Shown here: positions 1 to 16,306 of the stretch, piece after piece
Layout: every line of letters starts with the position of its first letter
Position numbering within the stretch: the stretch's first letter is position 1
DNA from: Eledone cirrhosa
Taxonomy: Eukaryota
Length of the DNA stretch: 64,000 bases
Direction of reading: 5' to 3'
Assembly (NCBI GenBank): GCA_964016885.1
Contig: OZ024750.1
Coordinates: 27,404,001-27,468,000 of the forward strand
The notes under the pieces: generated by a model
Told to the model about the DNA's origin: nothing
What the model saw: only the letters and a program-made list of their open reading frames with translations
Database searches by the model: none
Program-made: the position numbers and the translations under genes

Positions 1-155
1 CGTTAAGGTATCTTTTCTTGGTTATGTCAATATTAAAAAACAAACTTTGTATTTTATCTGATGAGAGCGTACCAAAGTTTTGGTACCCTTGAAATATATG
101 TAATAGAATAAATATGGTTTTATAAATATAGTTTCCATTTATTTAATATCATTGT
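1..155 (+). mobile_element. Family A Penelope-like pLTR 3' end with type I hammerhead (50-110)
   Basis: TATTTTAT-CTGATGA-GAGCGTACC/GGTACCCTT-GAAA-TATATG-TA-ATAGAATA, then AATAAA and the same terminus as 22862-22903, ending in TA repeats. Confidence 0.8.
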
Positions 156-165
156 ATATATATAT

Positions 166-1128
166 AGTAATAATAATAAACTTGAAGACTAAAATCCAGA
201 GAGGGCTCGATAAGGATAAATATATATCAAATATATAAGAACCGTAGAACAAATATTTATTAAAATAACAGATTAAAGTTTAAGCAAAGAATCGCTGCTT
301 TCACCCTTAACGGGATCTTCAGAAACTAACAAAGTCAATCTGTGAACGCAGAAATGAATATTTCAAAAAACGTTCCAACCGGAGGAAGACAGGAAGCCGA
401 TACTTTGGTTCGTGGAAACGTTCCCTCACAAAGAAAGGGATAAAACGAATATAATACGTCATTATTTGGAGCAGAGTTCAAATCCCGCTGAGGTTGACTT
501 TGCCTTTCATCCTTACGGGGTCGATAAAATAAAGTACCAGTAATGCAATGGGTAATTGCTGGTCTTGTGCCTAAAGTAGAAACAATTATTTGGAGCGGAG
601 AAAAACAATTACACGCAAAGACAAAACCACGTTTATGGTATAAAAGAAGTCGTAGACTTCTTTTATACCATACACGAAAAGGAGAATCATTCGGTTTCCT
701 AGTTAGAATTTTAGTCTACGACTTCAGTTATACTATTTACGTGGTTTTGTCTTTGCGTGCAATTGTTCTCTCCGATCCACATATGACGTATTATCTTCGT
801 TGTTTCCGTTCATTGCCAGAGAACGTCTCTATGAACCACCTAAGAGAACATTAGTCTACGACCTCTTTTATACCATAAACGTGGTTTTGTCTTTGCATGT
901 AATTGTTTTTCACTGCTCCAAATAATGACGTATTATATTCGTTTTTTCCTGTTCTTTGCCAGAGAACGTTTCCACGAACCAAAGTATCGTCTTCCTGTCT
1001 TCCTCCGGTTGCAACGTTTTTTTAAATATTCACTTCTGCGTTCACAGATTGACTTTGTTAGTTTCAGAAGATCCCGTTAAGGGTGAAAGCAGCGATTCCT
1101 TGCTTAAACTTTAATCTGTTACTAATAA

Positions 1129-1130
<2 letters not shown>
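166..1130. mobile_element. Family B fold-back element with hammerheads in both arms (277-327 -, 1060-1110 +)
   Basis: ~258-640 is the reverse complement of ~870-1130 apart from a SINE insertion; fold AGTTT-CTGAAGA-CCC/GGG-GAAA-GCA/TGC-TT-AAACT; TA repeats on both sides. Confidence 0.75.
473..584 (+). mobile_element. 5'-truncated SINE (family S) with 12-bp TSD
   Basis: Matches the 3' half of the SINE repeated across the window; ATTATTTGGAGC is duplicated at 461-472 and 585-596. Confidence 0.85.
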
Positions 1131-1198
<68 letters not shown>

Positions 1199-2395
1199 GA
1201 AACGTTGGAAAACAGGATGTTGTCAGCCAGCTAAAGGATTCTTCTTTCAGTTTTTATTAGGCTTGGCACTGTATCACTTTTTAAAATGTCATTTTGTTAT
1301 TTCCTGAAGTTTAAGAGGCGAACATATGTCAACATTGAATAGATAATGTGTTAAATATAATCCACTAAACACTGTGTTTTCTATATAGTCTACGGATTGC
1401 CGAGGCATAACTTTTGCTCTGGATTACGTTTTGTTCCAGGTGATCTATCATTGGATTAACTACAATACATCCTTTCGCCTATCCACAGAAGTAAAGGGAT
1501 ATGGAAATCAGAAAAAATAAGTATGCGTCTTATGACTTTACAATCTACATTAGGTTACATATATATATATATACTTCGTTAATTTTTTTATTTCAATTTT
1601 AATCTTGAAACCCCATTGTCATAACTGTTTAATCTTACCAAGTAGTACTGATATCATTTGATTAAATAGACGTGTAAAACTGAAATACAACTCTGTCGCG
1701 CTTGAAAAATTAATACTTTAAGTGGAGACTCACTTTGAAACATATACAATAACTACATACTCTTCTTTAGAAGCAGAAATTGTATTTTTGCTTCATCATT
1801 GACAACAATACTGGATGATGCTACACAAGTAGGTCTGGAAAAGCAAGCTATAAAAATACATTGTTTTCACTTCTCTTGACTCCAGCGTTCTGTATAAGGA
1901 AATCACGTGCACAAGACCATATGCATAGCTGTCGTTTTTCACCACATTCATATATATATATATATATATGTATGTATGTCTAAACTGAGAGACACACATA
2001 TATACGTTGAAGGGGTGATACAGCGGAACTGATCGTCTTTGTAAAGGTAAAAGTGCGTCCCCTTCTACATTAACAAAAGTTAGGAAAGGAGTAGACTATG
2101 AATAAGAGGAGTCGGAGGAGAATATGAGAGGTATAAATCCTTTCTTATTTAAAATAACGAAACCAAACAGAAAACAACGATATCAATCCATCAACAACAG
2201 AATCAAAAATGAAATGTGTAAGACGTGATTCCAACAAAAAAAATTATTAACAGCACTACTATTATCAAAAGGATCACCTTCAGTTTCTGCTTGTTCCGGA
2301 CATTTTAATTAAAATCTTAAGAAGCAACAATAACAGCAACAATAACATTTTCAATATAACTAACAGCAACAAGAATAACAATATCAATCAGAAAA

Positions 2396-3424
2396 ATGGA
2401 AGCAGTCATTGTCCACTTACTAAACACAAGTTCCAGCGGAAACATGACTTTGGATGTTCTAAATGAAAAAATAGTTCACATGAATCGATCAACAATTGTC
2501 CTTATTTTTCTTCTTTACCCACTTGGAATATTAGGTAACAGTGCTGTGATTTATATCTATCTGTGTCGACTGGAACTTTCCACCCTCAATTTATTCATCA
2601 CTATTCTTGCATTCTTCGATTTTATGTGTTGTTTGATTGGTATAAATTTTGAACTGATTGATTTATTTTTGCCAGTCAAGCATCCATCTGCATTGATTTG
2701 TAAACTCCAAAGACTCTCAGTATTTTATTGCTGTATTGGGTCTTCATTGACCTTATTAGCCATTGCTGTGGAACGTTACCAAAAAGTTTGCCGTCCTATG
2801 GAATTCCAAATTTCGAAATATCAAGGAAAAGTCCTTTCATTGATAATTGGTTTAAGCTCACTGGCGTTCTCATTACCTGTTCTTTGGGCAACAAACTCTA
2901 TCTTACCACTATTTGAAAATAATTTAATCGCGAGCATTTGTGAATTTAAATCATCATTCAGTTGGAGAATATATTTCGCTGCAGTATTTCTCGGTTATTG
3001 GTTGGATCTCATCATCAACTTCATACTTTATTTTTTAGTCTGGCGAACTGCACGGCGTCATTTCCTCCGTATGGATATATCAGATCAATCTAAGCTTGAA
3101 AAACAAAAGCGAAGGAATGTCAGAGAACTTACTCGGATAAATCAGACAGTAATATGTATAACTGCATTGTTTGCTCTTAGTTTCTCTCCTTTCTGTATTT
3201 TGTCTATAGTACCACGCAACGTGGATAGCAAGAATTTTGGGATTGAAGAAGAAATCAGACGAATGTTCTCTCGTATGTGGATACTGAATTGTACCATGAA
3301 TCCAGTAGTCTATGGTTTTTGTAACAAAGAATTTCGAATTCAGATCAAGAAGATACTTTATGGATTAGTTGGGAAGAGCATTGCTATAGAGTCCAGTCAA
3401 ATTGATTGTACGGATGATAAATAA
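2396..3424 (+). CDS. Class A (rhodopsin-like) 7TM GPCR, orphan; uninterrupted CDS
   Basis: 342 aa; TM1 GILGN, TM2 LAFFD, ECL1/TM3 Cys, TM3 IAVERY, TM7 NPVVY, helix 8 NKEFR; N-terminal sequons NTS/NMT/NRS. Confidence 0.93.
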   Translation: MEAVIVHLLNTSSSGNMTLDVLNEKIVHMNRSTIVLIFLLYPLGILGNSAVIYIYLCRLELSTLNLFITILAFFDFMCCLIGINFELIDLFLPVKHPSALICKLQRLSVFYCCIGSSLTLLAIAVERYQKVCRPMEFQISKYQGKVLSLIIGLSSLAFSLPVLWATNSILPLFENNLIASICEFKSSFSWRIYFAAVFLGYWLDLIINFILYFLVWRTARRHFLRMDISDQSKLEKQKRRNVRELTRINQTVICITALFALSFSPFCILSIVPRNVDSKNFGIEEEIRRMFSRMWILNCTMNPVVYGFCNKEFRIQIKKILYGLVGKSIAIESSQIDCTDDK

Positions 3425-3668
3425 CAGCATTAGGAATTTTGCTTTTCATAATTTAACAGATGTAGTGATAATTGTTATTTTGGAAAATGTGATTTATATG
3501 CCACTTTGAAAAGAAAAATACACAAGTTATACAATCATACACTTACACCTACATATACAAAGACGTAAATACACACACGCGCCCACACGCACGCACTCAA
3601 ATACACCCATCCATAATACACATACAGACCCATCCAAAACACACACACAAATATATATATATAATGTG

Positions 3669-3699
<31 letters not shown>

Positions 3700-3789
3700 A
3701 GTATTGAAGTTTCCGTTGAAAATTGAAAAGGTCATAGGAGTGAAGAGTGGTCTATGTAAGTACCAGAACAAAATTTAATGTATAATAAA

Positions 3790-4603
<814 letters not shown>

Positions 4604-5211
4604 TTGTTTGTCCATCTAGCAGTGATAAAGTAACGTGTAATGCATTTATTCAAAGTCATTGGCATGCTTTATAGAATTGATAATATAAACAAATAAACAA
4701 ACAGAATTCACCCGTATAGAATGTATTATTGGAAGATACGAAAATGTTTGAAAGCTTTTCAATTGACAGCACGTGTTGTTGCTTTATCTAACGGAATCTC
4801 ACGCATTCATAATAAACCTGCTAAATCGAGATCTCTGCCACCTGGCAAACTGTATGGGAAAGACTGGCTTAGAATCAATGCTTGCATTCCCACCTCTGGA
4901 TGAGTAAATAAACGTTTTTGTCACACATAGAGAAGACATGAGGTATCTATTGTGCTTTATATCTCTTCAAAAGAAATAACACTTTTTGTCATACAAACAC
5001 AAGTTGGTGTTAACTCACCCCCACACACACAAACATATCCATCCCAACACGTACACACACATACACACACTCTATCTCTCCATCTCTGTATACGCTGCAT
5101 AATTATATATATATATATATATATATAATTATGCAGCGTATATATATATGCAACTTATATATATATGTATATATATATATGTATATATATATATGTATAT
5201 ATATATGTGTA

Positions 5212-5554
<343 letters not shown>

Positions 5555-5560
<6 letters not shown>

Positions 5561-5670
5561 GTCTAATGCTACCACACGTATATATGTATATACATATATT
5601 TCTATAGGCATATATCAAGGGCGGTGCCCCAGCATGGCCTCAGCCGGATGGCTGAAACAGGTAAAAGAGT
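5555..5670 (+). repeat. ~115-bp segment duplicated at 6752-6865, ending in a SINE-like 3' tail (GGGCGGTGCCCCAGCATGGCC...GTAAAAGAG)
   Basis: Near-identical direct copies; the same tail also occurs at 37235 and 38472. Confidence 0.75.
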
Positions 5671-5672
5671 AA

Positions 5673-5751
<79 letters not shown>

Positions 5752-5844
5752 TATATATATATATATATATATACATATATATACATATATATACATATAT
5801 ATACATATATATATATTATGAATGTGTGCGTCTCTCTCTCCCTC

Positions 5845-5965
<121 letters not shown>

Positions 5966-6239
5966 GATATATACTCGTTGTACTTGTCTGGCAAGTTACT
6001 TAATCTAAGACGGTATGATGAATATTAAAACAATTACTGTCGAAAAGTCATTCTCGCCATTTAACAAACACACAAAAATCGTTAGCTTTAATTTGTTTCT
6101 ATCGTGTATATGTTGGTGTCAAAGTTTCATCGCACTCTCCAAGACCTGGGTCACCGACACAGTTTCACTCTCCCAGAAAAGGTGACTAAATTTTGACACC
6201 ACGATATAAATGGTAAATATTTATTAAAATTGCATGTGT

Positions 6240-6323
<84 letters not shown>

Positions 6324-6413
6324 TGAAGAATAAGTACGCATAATGTGTAATGTGTTTTTACAACGATTTAATCGTAAGGTTTCCATTACAAATGCTTCAA
6401 CGGGTTTGACGAC

Positions 6414-6509
<96 letters not shown>

Positions 6510-6867
6510 TGTGAGCCCGTAGACACATATATATGTATATGTTCACGCACATACATAAGGGAATATAAATGAAAATGTACGTACATATATACAGATATAA
6601 ATATATATACACTCACACATTTGTATGTTCTTATATACCTGACCGATTAACATGCTAATCGGATTTACATTCATATGTATCTGAAAGGTAAAAGACCATC
6701 TGTTTACAAACAACGATCTTAATAGAAGCAATAGACTTTATAATAAATATATACATGTCTATTGCTACCACGCGTATATATGTATATACATATATTTCTA
6801 TAGGCATATATCAAGGGCGGTGCCCCAGCATGGCCTCAGCCGGATGGCTGAAACAGGTAAAAGAGAA

Positions 6868-8712
<1,845 letters not shown>

Positions 8713-8738
8713 TGTACATGCGTCTGTCTCGGGTTCGA

Positions 8739-8915
8739 TCCGGGGTAACCACACTAAGTAAGGTATTCAATACATAGTAGAGTATATACAATGCTTAATA
8801 TAGAAATGGCCTCTCCAGGACTAGAACTGTTTCATTCGAAGGAAATCATCAGGGCTTTCCTGATGATTTCCTTAGAATGAAACTGTTCTAATCCTGTAGA
8901 AGCCATTTCAATATC
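8739..8915. mobile_element. Family D fold-back element with hammerhead cores
   Basis: GAACTGTTTCATTC..GAAATCATCAGG is inverted against CCTGATGATTTC..GAATGAAACTG; homologous to 42468-42600 and 62204-62310. Confidence 0.7.
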
Positions 8916-9016
8916 AAATATTACACACACACACACACACACACTCACACTCACACACACACACACACACTCATACACACCCACTCACATACCCATACAC
9001 ACTCACACGCACACGC

Positions 9017-9078
<62 letters not shown>

Positions 9079-9281
9079 GCGCACACACATATATATATTT
9101 TCCGGGGTTGGTTGGTCCGATAACCGGATGGTTGTTTATATATTATCAAAGCTCTTTCGTCACATATTCTGTGACCTCCTCAGATTTTTTATTGGCAGCA
9201 TGACACTCCTAAAGTATAAGAATATCTGTTTCAACACACGTTTTCAGATAAGAAATCTTTCAAAACAAATTAAAAATCGAA

Positions 9282-9333
<52 letters not shown>

Positions 9334-9421
9334 ATCTCGTTCCCCTCCCCCACTCTCAAAAGCGTGAACTTAATAAACTCTTATTTGTACTGCTTCTCTG
9401 TTTTTGTTCCCGTCTAAGTTT

Positions 9422-9507
<86 letters not shown>

Positions 9508-9725
9508 CATACATATGTATGTATATAAATGTATTCATAAATGTATAGATCCTGTGGTGCTGGGACCGGGGAAACCACTAATCATGGGAGTACCCAATGC
9601 ATTGAAAGAGGCAGAATGGGTATAAAGAGATGTCAAATCCCGTCCGTGGCTCCAATCTCCAAGCAGGAGGTTCCGTCGCTCTCTCTCTCTCTCTGCATAT
9701 ATATATCCTGATGAAGACGTAGACT

Positions 9726-9868
9726 AGTGTATTACTGGTACTTTATTTTATCGACCCCGTAAGGATGAAAGGCAAAGTTAACCTCGGCGGGATTTGAATT
9801 CAGACCACAAAGGGTCGCAACTCTTTGCTGCAAAGCATGACGCCACATTCTCTACCGATACTGCCAAA
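9726..9868 (-). mobile_element. SINE family S
   Basis: Reverse complement of the shared SINE core (GGTACTTTATTTTATCGACCCCGTAAGGATGAAAGGCAAAG). Confidence 0.85.
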
Positions 9869-9885
9869 TAAATAATAATTAAAAA

Positions 9886-10054
9886 TGGCGAATTTCCAGG
9901 CATCGAAGACGCTACTTTTTTCCTAAAATAAGTTTGAAAAATCTACCATGCGTGCTGGAGGCCGAAGGCAGTTTATTTTATTTTCAAATCTTTGGTTGTC
10001 AAAATTAGGGGGCGTCCTCGAGGACGAAGCCTCTTCGGCGCCGGGAAATACAGT
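9886..10054. mobile_element. Possible decayed pogo/Tigger-type MITE
   Basis: Ends CCGGGAAATACAGTA, resembling pogo-type termini; left end ATTTCCAGG is only weakly complementary. Confidence 0.35.
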
Positions 10055-10942
10055 ACACTCCTGTGCATTGTTTCATGTCGCAACCAGAGTTATGTTTAAT
10101 TTCACAACAGTAAAGACTAAAAACATTACATCAACATGTTACTTCTTTGGGCGAAATATTTTGCGCTATGTGCACCGGCCCTTTATAACCTGAGATGAAA
10201 TTCCACCGAGGTCAACTTTGCCTTTCATCCTTCCGAAGTGAACAAAATAAAATAGCAGTTAAATACTGGAGGTCGATATAATCGATCTCCTCCTCTCCAC
10301 CTCAAATTGCGGGCATTGTGCATAAATTAGAAGGCATTATTATGTTTTTGCCAACCCATCAATTTGAAAGTTATCAACGTTGAGACTGCATGTCAATAAA
10401 CATAACGACACAAAATTACCATTACGTTATTTTTTTCGACAATTTCTTTTCCAAATTTTAATTTTAAACCGATAATATCAATATAATATTTCATGTAAAG
10501 TTGAGGAAAAACTGTGGAAAGGCTGAAATACAAATTAAATAACGAACTGAATTTGGAATTTTGTTTCAAATTTAAAGTACAGATTTATTAAATCAGATAA
10601 AAATTCTGTTAGTATTTTTGGCTCATTTATATTTTATCACTGATTATTTTATTATTAAAAAATTTCTCTTCAATCAAGATCGAAAATTCTAATCAAAACA
10701 AACTGAAATTTAAAAAATATTTTTGAACATTTCCACCCTTTGACCAAAGAATCATTTGTTATGACTTTAACAAAGGAAACACTGTCATTCTAAACGTTTT
10801 CTTTCTCCTTCTCTTTCCCTTCTCTGTAAGCTAAGTACCATATGTCAATTTATACAGCTTTTTGTTGAAAATTTACTGCCACAAATAATCTGCTCCTTTT
10901 CAAGATGACATACTAACTTTATTTAACGAACTAGCTTCAACA

Positions 10943-11235
10943 CACTCGATAAAGTGCGTAGCTCGAAGATCAGAGTGTCTTTCCAGGTCGAGCTGCTTCT
11001 TCTCCAAATTGAGAGATCACAGCTCCGATACTATGGACGTGTGGATAGAATGTCTCAGGAAAGACACACTGGACAGATTTAATAAGCAAAACAAACCGGC
11101 AAGAGACCCAGGGGTAGTCCCTGAGCAATATAGTTGGATAACTTCCATGAGGTTGGCTGGTTTCGCTGGGGGATCCAGCTGGATCAGTTGGAGACGGTTG
11201 CTTCTGACGATCCTCTTAGGTATAAGTGGGCGAAA
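10943..11235 (+). mobile_element. RTE-clade LINE ORF 3' fragment (decayed)
   Basis: Translates LDKVRSSKIR..VELLLLQIERSQLRYYGRVDRM and GKRPRGSP..LDNFHEVGW, resembling the Expander/Rex3-type C-terminus; followed by a (GAA)n tail. Confidence 0.7.
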
Positions 11236-11238
11236 AAG

Positions 11239-11558
11239 AGAAGAAGAAGAAGAAGAAGAAGAAGAAGAAGAAGAAGAAGAAGAAGAAGAAGAAGAAGAAG
11301 AAGAAGAAGAAGAAGAAGAAGAAAAAGAAAAAGAAAAAGAAAAAGAAAAAGAAAAAGAAAAAGAAAAAGAAAAAGAAAAAGAAAAAGAAAAAGAAAAAGA
11401 AAAAGAAAAAGAAAAAGAAAAAGAAAAAGAAAAAGAAAAAGAAAAAGAAAAAGAAAAAGAAAAAGAAAAAGAAAAAGAATAAGAATAAGAATAAGAATAA
11501 GAATAAGAATAAGAATAAGAATAAGAATAAGAATAAGAATAAGAATAAGAATAAGAAA
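11239..11558. repeat. Compound microsatellite (GAA)n-(GAAAAA)n-(GAATAA)n
   Basis: Directly visible. Confidence 0.95.
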
Positions 11559-12000
11559 AAGCTTCAACATCTCTCCAGTAATCATTACAACCTTGTCAAC
11601 TCGGTAATTAGTACTCGCAATGATTATTAAAATTTATTTTATGTTACGAAGCCAAATTCGTACATGGGGATATTGCTCAAGTTACTTAATAGTCATTGTG
11701 CCATATGAAAACAGTCTCCCATGGACTAGTTTGCAGAGAGATTGTCCAAGCTGAAACTACAATCACAGCGAAGTGTTAAATATTTCGTTTCTAACTGAAA
11801 ATAACTAAGTAATTTCATGCATTGAACTGTTTCAGTGATTTCTTGAATTACTGCAAAATAAATGTCATTTGTCAGGCATACATATATATATATATAGATA
11901 CATGCATACACATTTATACATGCATGCATGCATGCATACATACACACATACACTTATACTTACAGTCGTACACACATACGTGCAAACATAAATACATAGA

Positions 12001-12066
<66 letters not shown>

Positions 12067-12164
12067 CCTTATCGAGCCCTTTTGGATTTTAGTCTTCAAA
12101 TTTATTATTATTACTATATATATATATATATATATAAGGAATTTATATCTAGTAACATTTATAT

Positions 12165-12624
12165 ACACACAGATGCATATCAATGCTAGCAAATATATAG
12201 GTTTTGTCTTATTAACAATGTGGTTCAATGCATGGCGTTGCAGAACAATAATATGAGAGACGTAAAATAAGAAAATTATAAAATTAGCTTACTTACTAAA
12301 AAATCACTTCCAACTAATTAGTTTCTGGAATGGAGTAAATATATTTTCCGAAGAAACATATGGAAAATCATTCCGTCATCAGGAAAGTCTTTTTCCGTAT
12401 AGGTCTCCAGGCATAGCGAGGACACTGGAAACTTATTAAAAAAATAATTCAGTGGAATGGAAATAGCGAAGCGTGGACTGGATTCCAAGCCATTGAGAAA
12501 ATCACTGCCTCTACGTCTGTGGCAAATTCAAAAAGAATCAATCACGTGACATCATTCCAGAAACTAATTAGTTGGAAGTGATTTTTTAGTAAGTAAGTTA
12601 ATTTTATAATTTTCTTATTTTACG

Positions 12625-12632
<8 letters not shown>
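12165..12632 (-). mobile_element. Family K' element with hammerhead (12306-12388 -) and inverted 3' end (12553-12632 +)
   Basis: Diverged reverse-complement homologue of the 27244-28545 unit; ACTTTC-CTGATGA-GGAATG/CATTCC-GAAA-CTAATTAG-TT-GGAAGT. Confidence 0.8.
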
Positions 12633-12704
<72 letters not shown>

Positions 12705-12770
12705 ATATACATACGTACACAAAATTATATGAATATATTTGTATATATATATATTTACATTCATACATGC

Positions 12771-12826
<56 letters not shown>

Positions 12827-12887
12827 GTATGTATATATATATGTATATATATATATGTATGTATATATATATGTATATATATATATG

Positions 12888-13071
<184 letters not shown>

Positions 13072-13189
13072 CATATATATATAATGCTGTTTTCGACGGA
13101 CCATACACATACATATATATATAATGGTGTTTTCGACGGACCAACTCCTAAACAAGAAAGATGAACTGGTCACTGCATGTAAACATAGA

Positions 13190-14546
13190 TTGCGTAAGAC
13201 TTACCTCGCCCTCAAACCCCATAATGACCCGGGGGGGGGGGGTAGACTAGGGCTATAACACCCCACTTGCCGATTTTGCAATGGGTAACCCCTGCTTGCC
13301 AAGGAAGACGTAAGATCTTCTTTGTATTCTTTTATCGCTTCCTTTATCCCCCCCTCTCTCCTTAGTCCTTCTACCCCAGCTCTTCTCCTTTGTCGGCGTC
13401 TTTTCTCGCCCACCCGAGGCTGCCCTTTGGCCCCATGTAGCCTTAGTACCCCCACCCACCCCCTCCCCTAGTCTATGATAGATTTGGCGGATTCCGCCCT
13501 TTATAGCATTTGGCTTAGACCCCGGATACTTGCCCCCTTTTTCCGACCGCTCCCACTATTCTCTGTGCCCTCTATATTTCTTAGTGGCACTTATGCCTTA
13601 TTTTTTCGTTTCAGTATTTCTTGGCTCGCTTTTCTTCTGGGCGGGGTGGATTCTGAATTTATTCTCCGTATTCTACCTTTATTTCGTACGAACTTCCATG
13701 TAGCTTGTTTTAGATCTTTTAGAGTTAGCATTAGTATATATTTTTCTCGGGACTCAGAATTATTATCTCGTACTAGTTCACTTTGCTGCACTGGGTCGTT
13801 GCTGGCCCGGGATGGAAACCTTTATTGTTTATTTCGTGGTAGTCTCTTTAGTATTTTGGCCCCTTTTGTTGACCCGTCACCGTATCATTTACGTACTTAT
13901 ACCTCTTAAAAGGGTCCTTGCCTAATCCGTCCCACCTCGTTCTTTTACTTATTTCGTTATTTCTTTATTTATTTATTTCTTTACTTCTTTCTTTCTTTCT
14001 TTATTTTATTCTAGCCTAACAATAGCCTGAGACCTAGGTCGTAGAATTTAATTTACTTTACTTTTTTCTTTACACTTATTTGCTTTTCTTCACTCTCAGT
14101 ATTTTTTCTTTCCTATATATATTTTTCTACCCCCCATTGTTCTACCTACCGTTCCGACTTCCTCCCCCTCCCCCCTCCCCTGTATCTTCTTTGACCTCAT
14201 GCCCAGCTGTAGCTGGCACTACGAACGCTTGATTGGGTCTACTCCACCCCCTCCCCTCTTTCTCCTACTGGCAGGTTTAGCCACCATCTCCCCTACTAAT
14301 TTGCAACCACAGAATTACTACTGATTTTTGACAATCACTTTGACCATATATGGAATTACCCCTTGAGAAGATCGGCTATTTAAATACCAGGATAAATGTT
14401 CATTTAGTCCAGAATTAGCCGTCGAAACGGCTTGAGCTCAGCTGTCGGGGTCTTACTGGTTCCTATTACCCACTCTACTACCTCAAGTATTGAGTACTTT
14501 GGTGCGTTATGGTCCACCTGGTTCCTTACCACATTTCCTCCGTTAT
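13190..14546 (+). mobile_element. Long family C copy with complete variant hammerhead (14358-14451)
   Basis: Right end matches the family C tail; ACCCC-TTGAGAA-GA.CGGCTA/TAGCCG.TC-GAAA-CGGC/GCTG-TC-GGGGT; left boundary uncertain. Confidence 0.6.
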
Positions 14547-15112
14547 ATATATATATATCTTCCTCAACTTTCACTCACTCATACCCTGTCACTACCTCTC
14601 CTCCACTCCTCTTTCTTCCCGCTTGACCTGTCCGATTTCTTTTCTCGCGCACTCTTGGCCAAGCCGGTATGAATTTTTTTTTTTTTTTTTTTTTTTTTTC
14701 TCTCGTCTGCGTCTTCACAGAACTTATGTTTACCGAATTCGCAGACCAGACCCCTTCTTCTTCCTCCCGTTAGACCTGTGCGAAATTCCTTCCTTGCTCA
14801 CATTTCAACCAGGTCTGATGGTCTTTATTCTCTAGTTCACGATTTTATCGAGTTTATATTCATAGAAATCTGGGACTTGTCTCTTTCCTCTCACTTTCTG
14901 TTGCTTAAACCATTTTGTTTATTCACCCTAACGTTCTCTTTATTTACGTGTCCCAACGACTTTTTTTAGCCGTTGTTCGCACCAACCTGAGGTATATGGC
15001 CCTTAAAGCGATGAAATGCCTGGGACGGTTGGAGGGTCACTGATGAAGGACTCACTTTTTTATATGTAACCCATTTGCAACGCCGCAGCTCCATTATTAT
15101 CATATATATATG

Positions 15113-15178
<66 letters not shown>

Positions 15179-15397
15179 ATATCTATATATAAATTATATA
15201 TACTACATTTATGTATTTTTTGGTGCTATATTTCAACAAATATATACATATTTTTTTCACTGGCTTTTTGCTCAGGAAGCTAAAAAGTAAAATCATTTTT
15301 TTCTCTAGATTCCAGGTTATTTAAAATTATGAAAATGTCATAAATCTCTCAAGTGTATAGAAAATGAAAATATAAAACGTGATCTCTATGTTATTAA

Positions 15398-16306
15398 CAG
15401 TGGAAAATATTTGGAAACTGAAAAATATTTTTTTAGATTTATATTGTCAGACGCATATTTCATAATAAAAGCCATGTCACATATATTTTATTGCTTCTCA
15501 TTTCATTTATTTCTATATGTCCACACATATAGAGTAGCCATGATTAATTTGAACGAATTACATAAGAATGATAACAAAACATATTTGATTACGAAGGAAT
15601 GTACGTATTAACAATTCTTCAAATATTATCAAATGCTACAACACGAAAACATAACACTCCAATATATCGCATTATGTCGGGTAAAAAAAAGGGGGAAAGT
15701 TAACCTCTGCGGGTTTGCTTTGCCTTTCATGCTTACGGGGTCGATAAAATAAAGTACCAGTAATGCACTGGGTATTTGCTGGCAAAAGTAGAAACAATTA
15801 TTATTATTATTATTTCTGGCAATATTATTACAACAATATGAGCCTCCCCAAGTATAACAATATATATATATAGGGTGTGGGGATATGTATTTATGTATAC
15901 TCTTTGAAAAGGTACTACAATGCATATAGACATAAGTAACAGTCTAATATCCCGGGTCAAACACCCCTGGAGATAGCAACATGTGGAGAGTCCAGTTTTC
16001 CCGTTACCGGGGGATATTTTTACCCGACATAATGCGATATATTGGAGTGTTATGTTTTCGTGTTGTAGCATTTTATAATATTTGAAGAATTGTTAATACG
16101 TAAATTCCTTTGCAATCAAATATCTTTGGTTGTCATTCTTATGTAATTCGTTCAAATTAAACATGGCTATTCTATATGTTTGGACATATAGAAATTAATG
16201 AAATGAGAAGCAATAAAATATATGTGACATGGGTTTTATTATGAAATATGCGTCTAACAATATAAATCTAAAAAAATATTTTTCAGTTTCCAAATATTTT
16301 CCAGTG
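15398..16306. mobile_element. TTAA-flanked MITE with ~290-bp terminal inverted repeats and a nested SINE fragment
   Basis: 15398-15687 is the reverse complement of 16018-16306; TTAA at 15394-15397 and 16307-16310. Confidence 0.8.

Noticed and set aside
11009-11630. Poly-E/K/R ORFs
   Set aside because: Microsatellite tail of an RTE fragment
15036-15062. CTGATGAAGGAC (also CTGATGAAGAC at ~9708)
   Set aside because: No GAAA or closing stems follow; at most truncated remnants
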